The notes below the pieces were generated by a model, which made no database searches, was not told where the DNA came from, and saw only the letters and a program-made list of their open reading frames with translations. A DNA stretch of 34,800 bases, from positions 1 through 34,800 of the forward strand of contig MVQQ01000011.1 of assembly GCA_002067555.1 (NCBI GenBank), given 5' to 3'. Within the stretch, counting starts at the first letter, position 1, and every line of letters begins with the position of its first letter. Source of the DNA: Syntrophorhabdus sp. PtaB.Bin184 (GTDB lineage: Bacteria > Desulfobacterota > Syntrophorhabdia > Syntrophorhabdales > Syntrophorhabdaceae). Both the position numbers and the translations under genes were made by a program. Shown here piece by piece: positions 31,977 through 34,800 of the stretch.

Positions 31977-34580
31977 TTGAAGAAGAGTGGTGAATATCGA
32001 CTCCTCAAAGTGTTGCCTGTGGCAGCGTTCTTTGTGTACATCTTCTATCTGAGCTATTCCTTTCACGATCGAGATCACATGAATCTCGACTATGCTTTCT
32101 TCTATGACAACTTGTGGTACTTCCATGATCGTTTGAAACAAGGTTCATTCGCTCTGTGGAACCCTTTTAACATACTGGGCAAACAGGCAGTGTACGGAAA
32201 TGCCATCAGTGTGTCGATCTTCACCCCTCTGCTTCACTTCATCGGCGTTACGCTGAGCAGTTTTCATTTCATACATATCGCAGGAACGTTCTTGGCTCTG
32301 ACGTCGGTTTATGTCGCAGCCAGAGTGTTGGGTTACGACCGGTATTACTCCTTTCTTCCGATGATCGTGTTGTTGACGGGGGGATACCGCTATTATATCT
32401 CCTATGACCATCTGGCCACCTTCCTATTCCTGTATCCTATAGCCATAGCTGCACTGCTGCGCTTTATGTTGCACGACGATAACATCGTCAAATTAGACAG
32501 GTATCTGGCGGTCTCGCTCCTGTTGTCCTTGGCGTTCCTCGGATTGAGAGTTGAACTCCAGGTATACGCGTATGTTTTCATATTCATAGTCTTTGCCGTT
32601 TACGGACTCTATTCTCCCGTGGGAAGGTTGTCGCAGGGAAAGGCGTGGGTGAAATACGCACTGTTCTGTTCCGGTGTAATAATCACAGTTTTACTGGCAA
32701 ACGTTTTTCAACTCCCTCTGCTTGCGAATTCAATGAGGGAGAACTCCAGGATCTCCGGGGCCATAGGCTACCACATTCTGCTCGACAGAATGTACATTAG
32801 ATACTTGATCGTAAGTGTCATCAATCAGCCTTGTCTCGTTGCCTCGGTGGTGTTCTTCCTCATGTCCAGGAAGATCACTACCGACCGGTTCAGCGGGAGA
32901 ACGGTGTTCGTCGCTTCAATGATAGCCGGTTTGGCCTTCGTGTTGATACTAGCGTACAAGACCTCTATGGGCAGTCTCATGTCTGTCGCTTATAAAAGCA
33001 CAGGGGTCTGTGTGGTTATAGCGATGGTGTCATCTTCAATAAAAAGGAGCCTGAGCCCCGCAGTCGCCTTATTGTATTCAGCGGTGTCGTTCCTGGGTTT
33101 ATATGTGACCGACTATTCCGCTGAGCATTGGATCGTCAATCGCGACGCGCATAATTTCTTCATGAATCCTTTCCTGGCGGGATTCATGGTCCTTGGTTCG
33201 TTGAACCTGTATCTGAAAAGCCGCACCTGGTTGTTGATCGTGCTGGCGGCGTTTCATTTTGTTGGCGAGTCTGTTGTCTTTCTTTCATACTACCTCCTTG
33301 GGATCCCATGGTTGGCGAGCAGAGCGTCAATAATGGAGTTGCCTGTCCAGACAGTCATTATCATGGAGTCTTTCTTGTTCTGCGTGCGGATGGCCGGGAA
33401 TGCTCCCGATTTGTTAATGAATTTCAGAGTGTTCGCCCGCGCGACCAAAGGAAGGTCGGTCGCCGTCCTGTTGTCTATTAAAAGGAACACGGCGAGAATG
33501 GCCGGTTTCGCTTGTATTGTGATGGCGTTTCTCTTGATCAAACCGGTGTTGATACCTTTTGACGGTAACGCGCAGAAATATGTCAAGTGTTTTCCATTTT
33601 CCGAGAACCCGTCCTTTGTTATCAATGAATGGCAGAACGAAGCGGTTAGGGTTTCTCAGGAGATTCGCGGGTCAAGGACGGGGGTGAATCCTCTGAAGCG
33701 GGTCAGGATAGAGGATGACGTCTTGTCATTTGCCGTTGATAGGATGGCCTATCGTTATCTGCCAACATATTCGAAGGTGCTCAATACTGCTCCCATTTGG
33801 ACCTCGGAGTTTCCCGTTTCCTTTATGGAGATCATGAATGCGTCAAGCGCTGTACCGGATAGGATCAAGGGGTTCACTCTTCCTCACGCCGAGCTCAGTC
33901 CGTTGGTCCAGGGTTTCTTCTACAAGTATTGGACTGCGCGCGGAATGAAGGGTAAAGACTTCATGTCACTCAATACTTACCTGGACGACGTATTGATCTT
34001 GCCACACAAGAACGACGACATCGTTCTAAGGGAGATCATGGCAGAGGAAGGCTCACAGACAAACAGAGCCTTCGTCTCAGACAGGGTGGTTGTTCTTGGA
34101 AATCAAAGAGATGAATATGCGTATCTGAAGGACCACCTCGAGGCAGGTGGCAGGCTCCAGGAGTGGATCACAACGTCGGATCACGCATTCCGCGGCGATT
34201 TTGGGGAGGACATTCATAAGAATCTCCCGCTGCGATCAGAGACGATCTTTGAGGAGGATTCTCCCGAAAGGGTCGTAATACGGGCCAAGACCAACAAGGA
34301 GTCATTCCTTGCGCTGATGGACACCTTCAGTTCAGGGTGGAAGGCCCACGTTAATGGGGTTGAGGCCAGAGTGTACAGGGGGTACCTTGGCACGAGATTT
34401 GTTCATCTTCAGCCGGGAACAAGCACCGTTGTCTTCGAATACTCCCTCGCCGGGTTACGAACGTGCATGATAGCGTCTTTGTGTGTTTGGATACTGTTGA
34501 TAATACTAGGGATTGTACGTGTCGTGAGGGGAAGGCTGTCCAGGAGATGCGCCCGGCTTGCCGCAGAAGATGAGACTTGA
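31977..34580 (+). CDS. Large polytopic membrane protein, YfhO-like (putative GT-C fold glycosyltransferase), paralog 2
   Basis: 867 aa with a TTG start after GGTAGGA. Its first loop DYAFFYDNLWYFHDRLKQGSFALWNPFNILGK parallels paralog 1. The C-terminal FSSGWKAHVNGVEARVYRGYLGTRFVHLQPGTSTVVFEYS is followed by a terminal TM helix. Confidence 0.6.
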   Translation: MKKSGEYRLLKVLPVAAFFVYIFYLSYSFHDRDHMNLDYAFFYDNLWYFHDRLKQGSFALWNPFNILGKQAVYGNAISVSIFTPLLHFIGVTLSSFHFIHIAGTFLALTSVYVAARVLGYDRYYSFLPMIVLLTGGYRYYISYDHLATFLFLYPIAIAALLRFMLHDDNIVKLDRYLAVSLLLSLAFLGLRVELQVYAYVFIFIVFAVYGLYSPVGRLSQGKAWVKYALFCSGVIITVLLANVFQLPLLANSMRENSRISGAIGYHILLDRMYIRYLIVSVINQPCLVASVVFFLMSRKITTDRFSGRTVFVASMIAGLAFVLILAYKTSMGSLMSVAYKSTGVCVVIAMVSSSIKRSLSPAVALLYSAVSFLGLYVTDYSAEHWIVNRDAHNFFMNPFLAGFMVLGSLNLYLKSRTWLLIVLAAFHFVGESVVFLSYYLLGIPWLASRASIMELPVQTVIIMESFLFCVRMAGNAPDLLMNFRVFARATKGRSVAVLLSIKRNTARMAGFACIVMAFLLIKPVLIPFDGNAQKYVKCFPFSENPSFVINEWQNEAVRVSQEIRGSRTGVNPLKRVRIEDDVLSFAVDRMAYRYLPTYSKVLNTAPIWTSEFPVSFMEIMNASSAVPDRIKGFTLPHAELSPLVQGFFYKYWTARGMKGKDFMSLNTYLDDVLILPHKNDDIVLREIMAEEGSQTNRAFVSDRVVVLGNQRDEYAYLKDHLEAGGRLQEWITTSDHAFRGDFGEDIHKNLPLRSETIFEEDSPERVVIRAKTNKESFLALMDTFSSGWKAHVNGVEARVYRGYLGTRFVHLQPGTSTVVFEYSLAGLRTCMIASLCVWILLIILGIVRVVRGRLSRRCARLAAEDET

Positions 34581-34639
34581 GGCGAATTCCCGAGAAGGAG
34601 GTTCGATGGTTGTACGGGTAAGAACAGGTGGGACGCTTT

Positions 34640-34647
34640 GGGGGGGG
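34640..34647. repeat. G8 homopolymer tract (first of two)
   Basis: Read directly. It lies inside a 43-codon ORF (34606-34737) that has a GAAGGAGG RBS 5 nt upstream of its ATG. Confidence 0.85.
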
Positions 34648-34778
34648 CAAGAATTGGAGATCCTGCATCGGCATGGCTCGACCGCGGCCCCGCGGGGGAA
34701 GGCCGGTGAATTGACGTGTTTGGGGAATCAACCATAGGATATTGAACGCGCACTTCTGCTTGGAAGGGTTGAGCCATT

Positions 34779-34786
34779 GGGGGGGG
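34779..34786. repeat. G8 homopolymer tract (second of two)
   Basis: Read directly, 139 nt downstream of the first tract. Both are preceded by TT (ctttG8, cattG8). Confidence 0.85.
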
Positions 34787-34800
34787 TGACCGTCAAGGAT

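Noticed and set aside
14505-34580. Classical mobile genomic island, prophage or defence island interpretation of the lower-GC block.
   Set aside because: I saw no integrase, transposase, recombinase, tRNA, flanking direct repeats or phage genes. I also recognised no nuclease, helicase or toxin-type defence domains. All recognisable genes are sugar- or glycan-related.
34606-34737. G8 tract as a frameshift switch that turns the mini-ORF into a long gene.
   Set aside because: Translating by hand after adding or removing one G gives stops within ~25 codons in both cases. No long ORF is unlocked within the window.

Overview
All credible genes in this 34.8 kb bacterial window are on the + strand. 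They are tightly packed, with several ATGA or short start/stop overlaps. The 5' end holds housekeeping genes: the recN 3' part, a GNAT acetyltransferase and a PmbA/TldD-family protein, separated by two repeat-rich intergenic regions. From 3760 to 34580 runs an uninterrupted ~31 kb surface-glycan locus in two parts. Part 1 (3.8-14.5 kb, GC-richer) starts with an ADP-heptose-type module: a MarR-EPS regulator fused to GmhB, an unknown conserved protein, a stand-alone RfaE-II-like nucleotidyltransferase, a reversed-order nucleotidyltransferase-like/PfkB kinase fusion, and GmhA. It continues with an SDR epimerase/dehydratase, a split transketolase, a HAD hydrolase, an APH-like kinase, a methyltransferase and a Zn-ADH. 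Part 2 (14.5-34.6 kb, visibly lower GC) has GalE, an SDR, two TylC3-like C-methyltransferase paralogs flanking a WbuC-like cupin, and a Gfo/Idh/MocA oxidoreductase. It also carries six further class I SAM methyltransferases (one membrane-anchored), a radical SAM/SPASM-like enzyme, two unknown membrane proteins, one GtrB/DPM1-like GT2 and two giant YfhO-like (GT-C type) membrane proteins. I saw no Wzx/Wzy/ABC exporter, no initiating phosphoglycosyltransferase, no ordinary polymer-building GT, and no transposase, integrase, tRNA, rRNA or CRISPR. The best candidate for something undescribed is the methyltransferase-saturated lower-GC block. It appears built around a lipid-carrier (GtrB-like) plus extracytoplasmic GT-C (YfhO-like x2) glycan-decoration logic, with an embedded radical SAM/unknown membrane protein pair. 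All functional calls rest on motif recognition by eye and no database search was run.
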